Assembly (NCBI GenBank): GCA_043228905.1
Contig: JBHGNT010000004.1
Location: forward strand, 9,114,001 to 9,178,000
Source of the DNA: Azolla caroliniana
Taxonomy: Eukaryota > Plantae > Polypodiophyta
Direction of reading: 5' to 3'
Length of the DNA stretch: 64,000 nucleotides
Positions 10,033 to 23,945 of this stretch are shown here, one piece after another (within the stretch, counting starts at the first letter, position 1; each line of letters starts with the position of its first letter). The notes beneath the pieces were generated by a model. It had not been told where the DNA came from. It was given only the letters and a program-made list of their open reading frames with translations, and did no database searches. A program made the position numbers and the translations under genes.

Positions 10033-11261
10033 TTTTTATTAGTAAACCAGGGATAACCCAGTATTACATCGGTGGTATAAAGATTCATTACATGGAAGTC
10101 TACTTCCTCTATATAAGTATCAATAGAAATTCCTAATGAATGAATCGCCCCGTTGATGTATTGTACTCTTCCATCAGCCAAGTGCACCGTGTAGGTGTGA
10201 TCACTTACAGTGGGTTGGATTCCCCATATCTGAACCAAACGATCATTCACAAAATTGTGTGAGCTTCCCGAATCAAATAAAAATTGTACGGGAGATCCAT
10301 TGATATACCTGTTTGCATGTAGTAAATCATTGGGACCCAATACATAGTGAGGGAAAGAACATTGACAATTACTTAAATGATGTGTATAGACTTGAAGGAC
10401 ATTAGGAATCTGACCTTTATGGTTTGCAGCTTTAGCTTTGTTGTCGTGCTCTTTCCGTTGGAGCTTTCGACATTGATCTTTTGTATGACCCTTCTTTTTG
10501 CAGAATACACAAAAAGGATGTTGTCGCTTACAATCGCGATCCAGGAATTCATTGGGTGTCTTGCGTTTCCCAACAAATTGCGACTGCTTAGTCCCGGGTG
10601 CTTCGTTGGGTTTGTTATGGTCCTTCTTCGAAGTGCGTTGATAGCGAAGAACTATTTCAACAGCCTCTTCGAAGGATTTTGGATCCTTATCGTGCACTAT
10701 CCAGTGATAGTCCGAATTGGGGATGCCATTGACAAAACAAGCTATCAACCAATTGTCCCCTTCTAGACCCGATTTTTGGATTTGGGTTCTAGCATGGTGA
10801 ACATAGTCTTCTAGCGAGGAAAATTTCCTGCTAGAGAGGTTCATTAAAGCTTGTGCTGCCTCGGTTCGAGAGGGAGGTTGCAGAAATTGGCCCTTAAAAA
10901 CCATGACAAAATCTGTCCAGGTATCGGGCAATTTCCCCATAGTACGGAGCCCACGCCACCAGGCGGCGGCCTTACCCCCGAGTTCTCGGCCGACATATGC
11001 AATCTTCGTACTATCTGGCGTGGGATAGAGCTGAAAATGAGACTCCCATCATCCCAGCCATGTGCAGATTGCTTCTTCAGTTCTTTCCTTTTTGTCTCCC
11101 GTAAATGGCTTAACGACAAATGATGGTTCACCTTGTCGCTCATCAGGTCTATTAGTCTCACGTTGTAGACTAATGACACGTGCCTCGAGAGCACTTTGAG
11201 ATTGCCGAAGTTCGGTCATCTGTTGAGCGGTGAAACTAAGGTATTGGGTTATTTGAGCCAT
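10033..11261 (-). pseudogene. Ty3/gypsy gag-protease remnant (element I), cut by the DNA transposon
   Basis: ORFs 11049-11261 and 9879-10940 are in one frame with a TGA between them; KAAAWW gag motif, CVFCKKKGHTKDQC knuckle, LFDSGSSHNF protease, DVILGYPW. Confidence 0.85.
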
Positions 11262-11939
11262 TAAAGATTATTTCTGGAAAAGAAATAGGATAAGGTCAGA
11301 GAGATAGTCATAACATCATGTCGTGATGTAAACATATCATGGGCAAACATTAATCGATATCATGATCTCACGTCAATACCCCTCTAGACGTATGAGATGA
11401 GGTTCAAGATCAGGTTACTATGGTAACACAAAGGTGTTTTAAAAACCATGGGGGTGACAAATAAATGTCTTTCCCTGATCTGTATATCGATTTTTTCATG
11501 GTGGCTCCCCGAGGCTCAACCATGTATGTTCGCGTCATGAATAGTTTATACACGAAAAAAATGTTAACAATAAACTATGTTTCGGTGCCCACATATGTGG
11601 TTTCGGCTCTTTAAGTCCTATTACGAGGACCCCGAGGTGCACTTAGACCTTAAGTCTAAACATGTGTTATAGTCATATGTATCAAGGATGTTGTATGGTC
11701 TTGGTCATATTTGAACTCGAGACCTCGAGAACAAATACATTAAACACTTGAGCCAACCAAGTAAGTTGCTCTTCTCGAATGCTTAATGTTTGATGCGTAT
11801 AAGAGATATGCGAGATCATATATGTTTTTTCTAAAAGAACATATATGTCAAGGGTCCTTATTTCGCCCTCATTTACCAAAACTATGTTGGTACGTTACCA
11901 AACCTCAAGTCTCGTAATTATGATGGCATACGCCAAATT

Positions 11940-12039
11940 NNNNNNNNNNNNNNNNNNNNNNNNNNNNNNNNNNNNNNNNNNNNNNNNNNNNNNNNNNNNN
12001 NNNNNNNNNNNNNNNNNNNNNNNNNNNNNNNNNNNNNNN
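11940..12039. other. Assembly gap (100 N)
   Basis: Run of N; sequences on either side belong to different elements. Confidence 0.99.
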
Positions 12040-12648
12040 ATCTGGACCGATTCGGCTTCGGGTGACTGCAGCGACGAGAGAGACGGATCCGACTGATCCT
12101 CCCGAATGTCGATCAGCCAGATGAAGCACGAATTTGGGTTGTTGTCAAAGTTGCACAAGGGGATTTCACCTCGAGCGGTTACGATCACAAGGGACAGAGT
12201 ACAACCTGCTGGCTTACTCCAAGCAAGGGGATCTAACGCGATGAGGTGCAAACCTCGTTTTTGTTCTTCTTCTCTCTTTCTTCGAATGACGCAGGAAACC
12301 GAATGCAGAGACGACGGCCGACAGCGGATTGAAGGACCGACTACTGTGCAGGCTCTGATACCAGATGTTGGAAGCAATGTCGTCAGTGCGGAAGATCTTG
12401 AAGCACTCGATTCCTGTTCATTCCCTGCGTATGACAGAATGTAGGTCGTTGCACAGAGAGAGAGAGAGAGAGAGAGACACAAAAGACTCTTTATTTCACA
12501 AAGCAATAATACAACAACCAACCTCACAAAGAGGTTACAAGGTCACTATATATAGTGACCGACTTAGGGCAACTACCCTTTATGCTAATTACATAAATGG
12601 CCGAAACGGGATGGTGTGAATACGTCCATTATACACATGTATTCGACA
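12040..12648 (-). mobile_element. 5' end (LTR, PBS, leader) of copia element H, related to element G, inserted into degenerate copia E
   Basis: LTR 12366-12648 with the same ...ATTCGACA terminus as G; PBS TGGTATCAGAGC at 12352-12363; leader matches ~35995-36430. Confidence 0.8.
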
Positions 12649-14741
12649 GCTCATGCCCGAAAGAAAAATACATTGTATGTGATCGTGACTGTGGTGGAAC
12701 AAGGTAAATGTGGCAGCCGACACAACCGACGAGCTGTGGCATAAGAGGTTATGCCACATGAGTCAAAAGGGTGTGGAGATGCTAGTCGGAAAAGGGCTCC
12801 TATCCGAAGTGAAGAATTTGCATCTGGATAAGTGTGTTGACTACCTGGTGAGTGTGTTGACTACCTGGTCGGTCGTCTTTCACCCTAACCTTCCGATGAG
12901 GAGGAAGAATGCTTTTGGAACTCATGCCTACAGATGTGTGCTATGTTGATGCAAAATCCCATGCCGGTGCATAGTACTTTGTTACGTTCATAGATGATTA
13001 CAACCGAAAGTTGTGGACTTTCGTGCTGAAGACAAAGGACCAGGTGTTGTCCATCTTCAAAGAGTTCCAAGCAAGAGCGGAAAGGCAATCTAGACAAAAG
13101 TGGATGGCTGTCTGAACTGATAATGGAGGTGAGTACTAAGGGCAGTTCAAGGATTACTACTGAAGCCAAGGAATTTGGATTGAGTATACAATGTCGAAGA
13201 TTCCTGAGTTAAATGGAATGGTTGAAAGAATGAACCATACTGTAATGGAAAGGGTCTGATGTATGTTGGCTCATGTAAGGTTTGTCGAAAACCTATTGGG
13301 ATGCGGCCCTGATGACAACTTTTTACATCATAAACAGGTCTCCCTCAGTGCCATAGAGTGTGTGGAGGGCAAAGATGTGTTATACCGGCATAGGAGGGTG
13401 GGTGTTTGGTTGTCTCTCATATATGCATGTTGCCAAGGAGCAGAGAGGAAAATTGGATCCTAAAAGCCGACCATGTATTTTCTTGTGGTACGGTGAAGAT
13501 GAATTCGACTACCGGTTATGGTACCTGATTGACAAGAAGGTCATCAGGAGCTTGGACATAATCTTTATGAAAGAAAAGACTATTGCATATTGGGAGATGG
13601 AGAAGATCACCATCCTAGCCGATTGGAAAAGAACAACTAGATGAAATATATACCCAGCTGATCGGAAATCGAATGTCAACTAAAGAACAAAGTGGGCCAG
13701 TCGAATCCGGATAGGGAGTTGGATTGGCCAGAAGGCATTCGAAGGATGGATCTTGACAAGGAGTTGGATTGGCCGAAGGCATCCAAAAGCCAGATCCGGA
13801 CATGGATTCGAATCGGATTTGGACAAGGAACCGGATGGAGAGGATGATATAGAGCCGACAGTTGATAGTTAACGCAGGAGATAGCCCCTGAGAAACAGAA
13901 GGGCCCCTTGTGGATTTTCAGAAAAAGAATACTTTCTCTTAACTAATGAGGGGGAACCGGAAAGCTTCGAGGAAGCTAAGAGAGATGCCCACAACAAAGA
14001 GTGGTTAGCAAAGAGTGGTTGCATGCCATGCAAGATGAGATGGATTCCGGAAGGTATGAAGACAATCTGGAATAAGTGGGTCTACAAATTGAAGCCGGGA
14101 GAAGGCCAAAATCCACCAAATTCAAAGCCTGCATTGTGGTGAAGGGGTCCTACCAGAAAAAGGGTGTGTATTTCAACAAAATATTTGCCTTGGTCGTAAA
14201 AATGACATCCATAAGGATGGTGCTGAGCACGACAGCCAACATGAACTTAGAAGTTGAGCAACTAGATGTCAAAACCGCTTTCTCGCATGGAGATTGGGAG
14301 GAAGAAATCTACATGCTGAAGCCTGAAGGATTTGTAGAGAAAGGAAAACCTAGTATGCCGGCTGAGGAAGAGCTTGTATGGGCTGAAGCAAGCACCATAA
14401 CAATGGTACCAGAAATTTGAATCCTTCATGGTAGAACATCACTTCAACAAGACATATGCTAACCACTGTGTCTTTGTGAAGATGTACGAAGGAGGAGACT
14501 TCCTTATCCTCCTGTTGTATGTTGATGACATGTTGATTGTCGGACAGGACCTGAAGAAAATTGCAAGTTGGAAGAAGGCTTGGAGAAAGTCGTTTGCAAT
14601 GAAGGATATGGATCCGAATAAGCAGATTTTGGACATGCACATTGTCTAGGACAAGATGAAGAGGTTGTTGTGGCTGTCACAAGAGAAATATGTGACAAAG
14701 GTGCTCAAGACATTCAACATTCAGAATGCAATGATGGTTGG
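12649..14741 (+). mobile_element. Degenerate copia E, left part (GAG-pre-integrase, integrase, RT fragments)
   Basis: ELWHKRLCHMSQKG, KLDPKSRPCIFL, QLDVKTAF, LLLYVDDMLI in broken frames; homologous to A/B. Confidence 0.85.
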
Positions 14742-15276
14742 TGTCACGGACACTCCAACGCTAGACTATGACAAAGCAGAGATGACAAGGCTATGACAGA
14801 TAAGGTTACGAATGTGGAACTCGACGTGATGAGCCTAGAAACTCGGGAAGTTGGGAGCGATGAGAAGATGGGGCTAAACAAGAATACTAGATTGATGTGT
14901 CAATGACTGGTGTTGAATCCCTTGAAAGGGACCACAGAGGTTACAAGTTTTATATTGTGAGTCGAAGTACATGCATTAGAATATTCTGGAGAATATTCTT
15001 GATTCCTCTAGAACCTTCTCATTCTAGAACTTTGTAAAAACTCCTAGAACTTGAAATAGATCATCTACTAATAATCTATTGAGATGTATATAACATGAAC
15101 ATGTATTTGGATGTATTGGTTAGAACATAACACTTGACTATAACACAAGTGGTCAAGAATTTAAATCTTGACATGACTGTTGTCATGTCTGTGACATTAT
15201 CCTCCCCTTTACGGCCACCTTTTCGAAAGCGTAGTGTAGGGGTGAGCTGAAAGAGAAAACCAAAGTACATTGAGGA

Positions 15277-15456
15277 GTGAGTGACCATGAGCATTCCTCA
15301 CCAGAAATAGGAGCACGGGTGAACGCGAGTGGCCATGTGTGGTCCTCACCGGAGACTTGAACACCAATGGGTGTGAGCGTCCATGTAAGGTCCTCATCGA
15401 AGAGTGGAACACCAACATGAGCGTGAGCAACCATGTTCGATCCTCCCCAGAGACTT
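15277..15456 (+). repeat. 48-bp tandem repeat (GTGAGCGACCATGTGCGGTCCTCACCGGAGACTGGAACACCAACGGAC-like), block 1
   Basis: The same unit recurs at 27395-27676, 36757-37051, 37689-37760, 38550-38577 and 39670-39955. Confidence 0.88.
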
Positions 15457-16086
15457 TGTTGGGATTACGGTCCCTTCGGATGGGATGGTCGGATATCGGA
15501 GATGAATGCCGACAAGCCCGGTTTCGGTTTCGGAACCGGATGATGAAGACCCCGGCTTCGGAGCCGGATGACGAATGTACCCGGAGCGAGATCCGGATGC
15601 AGGGACATATCTGTGAATATGTTTGCCAAGGGCCCTTGAGGCTATAGTTGTAAATAGCCCCAAAGTCATATGTGTATAAATATGACTTAGGGCAAACAGT
15701 TTTGATGTTGCTACTCATTTTTCTGTTTTTCCACTCAAGAGGAGTGAAGAGAGAGCAGCCGTGAGAGAGATAGAGCGTGAGAGAGGAGGAGGTCGACGCC
15801 TCTGTGTATTTCCGCCGCCTGTGGCGAGGACAACGAGCTCAAGGTCGTCGCCTTGCAGCTCGCCATTGTATATTTCTCTGTGCATAGTTTTGGTTGGAGT
15901 CTTGTACTCCCGTGGTTTTTCCCGTCTAGGGTTTTCCACGTTAATCCCTGTGTATTCGTGTTCTTTCTCTGTGGTTCCTATTTTCTGCTGCATTGATTCG
16001 TGCTTACTCGGTTGTGGCCGAGTGGTGAAGGTTAATCGGAGCGTCGATTCCTCTACAAACTGGTATCAGAGCGACTGCTGCAGAAA

Positions 16087-19000
16087 ATGGAAGGCGGCGG
16101 CAGCGGGCAGCCGGGGATGATGGTGCTGAATGCGCAGAATTACGCCGACTGGAAGATCAAGATGGAGGATCTTCTGATTGTTTGGGACCTGTACGAACCG
16201 ATCGACAGGTCGGAAATACCGAAGGGGGTACTTGAGTCGGAATGGAGGCTTCTGAACCGGAAAGCCGTAGCAACCATTCGGCAATACGTAGACGTGAGCG
16301 TTCTACAACATGTGGCGAACGACACCAACGCATATGAGATGTGGCGGAAGCTGTCGGGCCTCTACGAGAGGAAGAATGCGTTGAACCGGACCTCCCTGAT
16401 GAGGAAGATAGTGAACCTCAAGTACCGGGACGGCGAGAGTATGGTGGAACACGTAAGCACGTTCATGGGATTCGTGAACCAGCTTGCGGCGATCAAGTTC
16501 CCGTTGGAGGATGCAATGCAAGCCATCATCCTGATGTGTACATTGCCGGAAAGCTGGGAGAACTTGGTGGTGACTCTCAGCACTTCCTGCACCGAAGATA
16601 ACTTGTCCCTACAAACGGTAAAGACAAGTATTTTGAACGAAGAAGCGTGTCGGAGAGATAAAGAACCGGCCTCCGATCCGAAGATGTTGTTTACCGAATC
16701 GGATCGGGGAAGACAATGGAACCGGAGTCCGCAAAGACGGGAGAAGTCGGGGACCCGGTCGCAGTCAAGAGGAAGACCCACATGCTTCCACTGTGGGAAG
16801 CCGGGGCACTTCCGAAAGAATTGTCGGCATTACCGAAAAGACAACGGAGCCGACGACACCGATTCGAAGAAGTCTTCGGAACGGAACGGTGCTTACCGGG
16901 GAGCCACGGACCGGAATGGTTCGGATCGGCGAGGGCAGGACAGGAAAGGAACGACGGCACTCGCGGAAAGTGAGGAAGAAATCATGCTCATCACCGAAGA
17001 AGGTGAGCTAAACATTGCCGGCGATGAGACGACCTGGGTGGTCGATTCCGGAGCGTCGTTCCACCTGACCCCGGAAAGAAGATACTTCTCATCCTACACA
17101 GCCGGTGAGCATGGCTGTGTTCGGATGGGAAATGAAGGTACGTGCCGGATCGCCGGCATAGGAGACGTGTGGTTGACAACCTCGACCGGATGTAAAATGC
17201 TACTGAAGGATGTCCGACACGTTCCGGAGGTTCGATTGAACCTGATTTCGGCCGGGAGGCTAGACGATGAAGGCTACACAGGTAGCATCCGGAACGGCGT
17301 AATGAAGTTCAGCAAAGGGAGCCTGATAGTGGCTCGGGCCCGGAAGATCAACACACTGTACCTGATGAATGCCCGGTTATGTCCGGAAGAGCTGAATGTG
17401 GCAGCCGACACTGCCGGTGAGCTGTGGCACAAAAGACTGTGCCACATGAGTGAGAAGGGGATGAAGAGGCTTGTAGAAGACAACCTTATTCCAGTGAAGC
17501 ATGTGCACCTAGAGAAGTGCACCGATTGCCTGGCCGGTAAACAGAACCGAACCTCCTTCCACTCAAGGCCATCGACGAGACGTAGCGCACCATTGGAGTT
17601 GGTGCACACCGATGTGTGTCAGGTAGAAACGAAGTCACATGGCGGAGCCCAGTACTTCGTAACATTCATAGATGATCATAGCCGAAGACTGTGGACGGCA
17701 CCGATGAAGACAAAGGACCAAGTGTTGTCCGTCTTCAAAGAACTCCACGCGAGAGTGGAAAGAGAATCCGGCAAGAAGCTGAAAGCGATACGAGCGGATA
17801 ACGGAGGGGAATACCGGGGACAGTTCCAGGAGTACTGTCGCTCGAAGGGAATCCGGCTCGAGTTTACTGTGCCGAAGACGCCGGAACTGAACGGGCTGGC
17901 CGAGAGGATGAACCGGACCATAATGGAGAGGGTCCGGAGTATGCTGGCGCATGCGGAATTACCCAAGGGGTTTTGGGCTGAGGCGATGTCGACGGCGACA
18001 TACGTGATAAACAGATCACCCTCAGTACCTTTGGACGGAGACACGCCGCAGAGAGTGTGGACCGGTAGGGAAGTATCCTACCGGCATCTGAAGGTGTTCG
18101 GGTGTCTCGCATACGTGCATGTGGCAAAGGACCGGAGAGGAAAGCTAGATCCAAAGACCCGGCCATGCATATTCCTCGGTTACGGCGATGACGAGTTCGG
18201 CTACCGAGTATGGGACCCGGTCGACAAGAAGATATTCCGGAGTCGTGATATCATCTTCATGGAGAACAAGACACTCGCCGACTGGGAGTCGGAGAAGAAG
18301 ATGAAGAGCTCCAAGTCGACCGGTGAGGATCAACTCTACGAGGAGTAGTCCCGACCGGCAAGGGACCGGTTAGCACTCGAGGATCCGGCCGAAGACGGTG
18401 AAGAAACAGAACCGGCCGAAGAAGATGAAAATGATACCGGAACCGGCCCCGATCCCGAAATGGATTCGGATGAAGAAGAATCGGAAGAACCGGTTACCGA
18501 AGCTCCGGAACGGAGATATCCTCTAAGAGAGAGAAGGGCCCCCCAGAGATTTCCGGAACCAGAGCACCTGTTGCTAACCGACGAGGGGGAGCCGGAGAGC
18601 TTTGAAGAAGCAAAGCATGACACCCAGAGCCGCAGGTGGTTGAGTGCCATGCAGGACGAGATGGATTCCCTGCATGAGAACCACACATATGAACTTGTGG
18701 AGTTGCCGAAAGGAAAACGGGCACTCCGTAACAAGTGGGTGTTCAAGCTGAAACCGGGAGATGCCGGAAACCCCCCGAGATACAAAGCCAAGATCGTGGT
18801 GAAGGGGTTTCAGCAAAAGAAGGGCGTCGACTTCGACGAGATATTTGCCCCGGTAGTGAAGATGACCTCCATCCGGACGGTGCTAAGCATAGCGGCAAGC
18901 ATGGACCTCGAGGTAGAACAGATGGACGTGAAGACGGCATTCCTTCATGGTGACCTCGAAGAAGAAATCTACATGCAGCAACCGGAAGGATTCGAGAAGA

Positions 19001-19522
19001 AAGGGAAGGAGCACCTGGTATGCCGGTTGAAGAAGAGCCTTTACGGACTGAAGCTTTACCGATTCGGATATGTCGGCTGATGCAGATACCAGCCGGTCCA
19101 CATCAGGGTATGTGATGACGTATGCAGGGGGAGCTGTTTCATGGCAGTCGAGGCTGCAGAAGACGGTTGCGTTGTCAACCACGGAGGCGGAGTACATGGC
19201 GGCTGTTGAAGCCGGCAAGGAAATAATATGGATGAAGGACTTCATTAGAGAGCTCGGTATCCGGCAGGAGGAGTACCGACTCTACTGCGACAGTCAGAGT
19301 GCAATCCACCTTGCAAAGAACGCGGCCTATCACTCCCGGACGAAGCACATCCAGCGAAGATATCACTGGATCCGGGAAAGGATAGAAGACAAGGAGTTCG
19401 TGCTGACGAAGGTCCACACGGACGAGAACGGGTCGGATATGCTGACCAAGGTGCTCACGCCCGACAAGCTGGAAGCATGCCGGAAGAGGATCGGATTGGA
19501 GAGACATCCCATGCCGAAGTGA
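16087..19522 (+). pseudogene. copia B polyprotein (gag-PR-INT-RT-RH) with one in-frame stop and a deletion of the RT core
   Basis: TAG at 18346-18348 with the frame continuing into 18460; after SLYGLK (~19050) the sequence jumps to FTDSD, so YVDD is missing; RNase H in 19070-19522. Confidence 0.9.
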
Positions 19523-20340
19523 AGGGGGAGTTTGTTGGGATTACGGTGTCGTGCCTTTCGGCTCCGGATCGTTGCGTGAGTCGGGTGGGAACCACAGAGG
19601 TCTTGGACTAGGAGAAAGAAGTTCGTGAGATAGAGATTAATTATGAGTAAATAGCAAAGAGAAAGATAAGAAACTCGTGAATCACACGAGTATACTATAT
19701 TAATTGGTACTTAGGGTGTTAAGAGAGAAGTAGACGTATAAATCGTGAATCCCACGAATAATTTTTGTATTGATTAATTCTTAATCCAAATAATCAACAA
19801 CCCTTTACATATTTCTCTCCTCCTTATATAAGGAAGGAAGAGCTAAGCATGGCTTCATGCTTTTTTTTTTTTTTTTTACAAAAAGTGTTCATGTCCACTA
19901 AATGTGCATGTGATGCTTTTTTATTTCCTAAGTATAGGGCTCATGCACGCTAGATGTGCATGAGTTATTTTTAGTGTCTCGTCTTTTTCATATATTAAAA
20001 AATACACGATTTACCTTTTAATAAAGGTATGCATAAATAAAGGTCTTATGCGTATTAAATCTATATTTAAAGCACTTAAGATAAGTTAATGTAATGGTAA
20101 GGTTGGGGTTTGTCAACGTGGAGGTGCAGAGTTTGAATCACGCCCTGCGCAGTAGTGAGTATTTCCTTTCTTTTTACATTTATGTCTCTTTATCCGGCTC
20201 TTCCTTGCCGGTATGCCGTTTTCTTCCTTGCCGGTATGCCGTTTTCCTCCTTGCCGGTATGCCGTTTTCTTCCGGTTCTCACCGAGCACTCCATTCTCTA
20301 TCCGGAGGGACAAAAATATAATTTCCACATAGTGTGCAAC

Positions 20341-23300
20341 CTACACTACGACACTCGCCCCCTCCAAACCCGCACATCCTCCGGTATGTGCCGAAGTTCT
20401 TGATTCTTCGTATCCGTCTTCATCCGAAGCTTCCTCCGATTCTCCCCTTATGTCGACTATGAGTTGTAATCCACTTTCTTCGCTTCCCGCATCATTGTGG
20501 TCTTCGTCCGATTGCTCCTCGTTGTCGGCCTCGACTTGGATCACATAAGGTTTGTCGTCGGTCCGCTTCTTGAAAATCTTCACCCGCTTCCCGGCTATAG
20601 GCACTCGTAGTATTGTTCCATCCAACTCGGACAGTCGGTACGTCCCGTTGTCGAAGACCTTCCGAACCTCGTACGGCCCGAACCACCTTTTCGCGAATTT
20701 CCGCATCTTGTATGTTGATGGTCCAAGCTACTATCATAGACGATCACCCAATCTCCTTCTTCAATCCTCCTCGGTCGTAGTCGGTGCTTTGTGTCGAACC
20801 GGCTTTTGTTCCGGAACCGTGCTTCTTGTTGTCGGCGTGACGCTTCCGCTACATCTTTCGGTCTTCCCTCCAGTTGTCGTATCCGGACCGCTAGTAGTTC
20901 TTCCCGGCTCATCTCTTCCTTCCACGGTAGTATTGTCCATGTCGCGATTGCGGTTTCCGTTGGCATTACCGGTGCTTGTCCGGTCATGAGTTCTGCCGGC
21001 ATGTAACCGGTCACGGAGCTATGCGTCGTCCGATCCGCCCATAGTGCATACGGAAGCATTTGTGGCCAATCCTTCACCCTTCCGTCGCATGCCTTCGCAA
21101 GTGCTTTCACGATCGGACTATGTCCTCGTTCGATCTTCCCGTTGGCCTCCGGATTGTAGGCCGTTGTCAACGTTAACCGAACTCCATGTTTGGCGAAGAA
21201 TCCCCTAGCTTTGTCCGAGTCGAGTTCTCCCCGGTCCGCAATCACTTGTCCTACGCAGCCGTACCTACAAAACACTTCTTCCAAAAGAAATTGGCACACC
21301 GCGGCACACGTTTTCCTCCGAAGCGCTCGACCTTCAACTTGGTTTGTGAGATCTTCTCGAGCTAACACCAAGTATTTCTTTTGTCCAATCCCGGTCGGCA
21401 TAGCTACAATGTCGACCATCCACTTGAAGTTGATTGTCGGTGAGAATGTCGGATGCAGCTCATCTCGGTGTCGGACCCCGGAGTAGACTTGACATTTCTC
21501 ACAGCTTTCTGTGAACTCCGCGACATCTTTATACATGTTCTTCCACCAATATCTTTGCTTGATTTTCACAAAAGTTGCCCATGTTCCTCGATGTCCAGCC
21601 CAATCGGATTCGTGGAACTCGGACATTATCCGGTTTCGTTGCTCTTTCGTCCCGACTACTCGAAGTGGTATCCCATCCGGTCTTTTCGGCGTCCTCCATA
21701 TTAAACCGTTTTCCAAGAAGAACTTTTGGACTTGCCTCTTCTTCCTTCGGATCTCGGCTCTCCTTTCTTTATCATTGGTTGAATCCTCGACCTCTTGTAG
21801 CATCTTCCCGATCATCAAGGTTTCCCCCTCGTATTCTTCTTCCCGGAATTCTCGGATCACGTTCACTCGGCATATGTGTTCTGACGTGAAGTAGTCTTCG
21901 GAAACTTCTTCATTATCTGATTCGGTTATGTCGTCTTCAAACCGCGCCCTCGATAACATGTCCGCTACCGCGTTGTCCTTCCCCGAGATGTGTCGAACCT
22001 CCGGGTTAAGTGACTTGACATATGCAATCCACCTTAGCATAGCCACATCCGGTATCGTACAACACCGCATCATCCCGAGTATCGGAAGACAATCCGTCTC
22101 GATCACCACTTCAGCTCCGATCAAATAATCCCGATCCGATTTTATCGCCGACACGACTCCCCACAATTCTCTTTTGACTTGTGCATATCCGCGTTGCCTT
22201 TCGTTGAGGACCTTTGCTCCAAATCGGATCGGATACCGCGAACCATCCGAGTCGGCTTGATTGATGACCCACCCGATACCGGTTGGACTTGTATCAACCG
22301 TTACTATGATTGGCCGCTCGTAGCTTGGCTTCTTAAGTGATTCCGCCCTCCATAGTGTCTTCTTGAGCTTCCTCATGGCTTTAGTGTGTTCCGGTTTCCA
22401 CTCGAATTTCTTACCTTTCCGCAACAAGTGATAGAGCGGGTCCGCTATATGTGCATAGTGCGGAATCCATATGTGATAGAATGCACACGCACCCAGAAAC
22501 CTTCGGACTTCCGATGTTGACTCACATACTTCCTTCATAGCTTGAATCGCATCGATCTTTGTTGGTGACGGTCTTCGGCCGTAGGGTCCACATAGATGTC
22601 CGACCACCAATATTTCTTCTTGCCCGAATGCCGATTTCTCCCCGGAAAGTGTTAGGTGCACATCTTCTAGCTTTCGCAACACTTTCTCGCAATCATGAAT
22701 ATGGTCGACCACGAACTTTCGGCATCCCCGATCATCCATAGTCTCATCTTTTTCTTCCACCGCGCATCCTTTCATCGGAATGTCATCTAGAAACGGCATC
22801 GTTATCTCCGGGATGCAATCTCGAAGCACCTTGTTCATCGCGTTCATCATATGTGCAACCGAGTTTGTCGTTCCTTGTGGTAGTGTGCACATTCGAACTA
22901 GTCCTATCGGTGTCCGCATGGTAGTGATGTCTCGGCTCTCCACGGCTAGTTGGAATTGGTCATACCCCGAGTATAGGTCCCCGATGGAGTATATCGCACG
23001 TCCGGCAAAAGCTTCCGCGAATTCGTCCACTATCGGACCGACTCCCGAGTTCCGGATCGTGACCTTGTTCACCGGTTGCAAGTCTTGGATGAATCGGAGT
23101 GACCCATTCTTCTTCGGAACCGTAAACCATCGATTTGAGTACGGAGCACTCGATGGCTCTAGAATCCCCATCGCCACCTTCTCCTTGAGTAAGTCGATGA
23201 CTTTCGGAATATGCGCCCGTGGCACCGGAATCGGCTTCAGGTTCCACGGTACATGATCAATCGTGAAAATCACCATCGGCTCCACTATCTTTGGATCAAT

Positions 23301-23945
23301 GCATCCGATCTCCCTCGATGTGAACGCGAATGCTTTGCCGTGTTGCTCCAACATCTCTCGAAACCGTTTTTCTTCTTCTTGTAAGAGGAACCCACCTCCA
23401 CCGATCCGAAGTTTCTTCCGGGTCTCATCTGTGAAGGCATGTCCGATATCCACGGACTTCCGAAGTGTCGGATCTCCCGAGACTTCTTTCTTCTTTTGTT
23501 CGCTATCGGCGGGTAGTGGTCCCGCGGCCGGTTTCACCTTCTTCTCCACGGTCTTGTATTTCGTACTTACCATTGCTTCTTCTTTGCGGAGCGCATCCGG
23601 CCCCATTTTCGCAACGATCTCGTACATCTCGACCGATTCCACCGGGACTACCCGGTTCCCTTGGCTTTTATCTTCCGCAAGCTCTTCAAGCCGTTGTAGT
23701 GTATTCCCATAGAACACTTCCTCGATTACTCCCACGATTTCTTCGTCTTCTTTTATTATTGATGCCGACCGTAACTTATCCTCCACTTGTCGGTATTGTT
23801 TCTTCATTCCTTCGGTTACGGCCGTGTACGTAGATGCCCCATCCGGGCCGATTCGTACTTGTTTTGCTCCGAGACTTTTCTTCCTGTGTGGGGTATCAGG
23901 GCTTCTCGGACTATCACTTCCCCACTCCGCAACAGTCCGCTTTAA
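20341..23945 (-). CDS. gypsy C Pol (RT-RNase H-integrase) in the -1 frame; small frameshift near 20710 in the integrase tail
   Basis: DLYSGY, LPQGTTNSV, FLDD, VDTSPTGIG, HH-CC, ADRGE, NGKIER; the WFGPY tail continues in ORF 20341-20706. Confidence 0.9.

Noticed and set aside
11845-12527. ORFs spanning the N run
   Set aside because: Artefacts of the assembly gap; adjacency across the gap is unproven.
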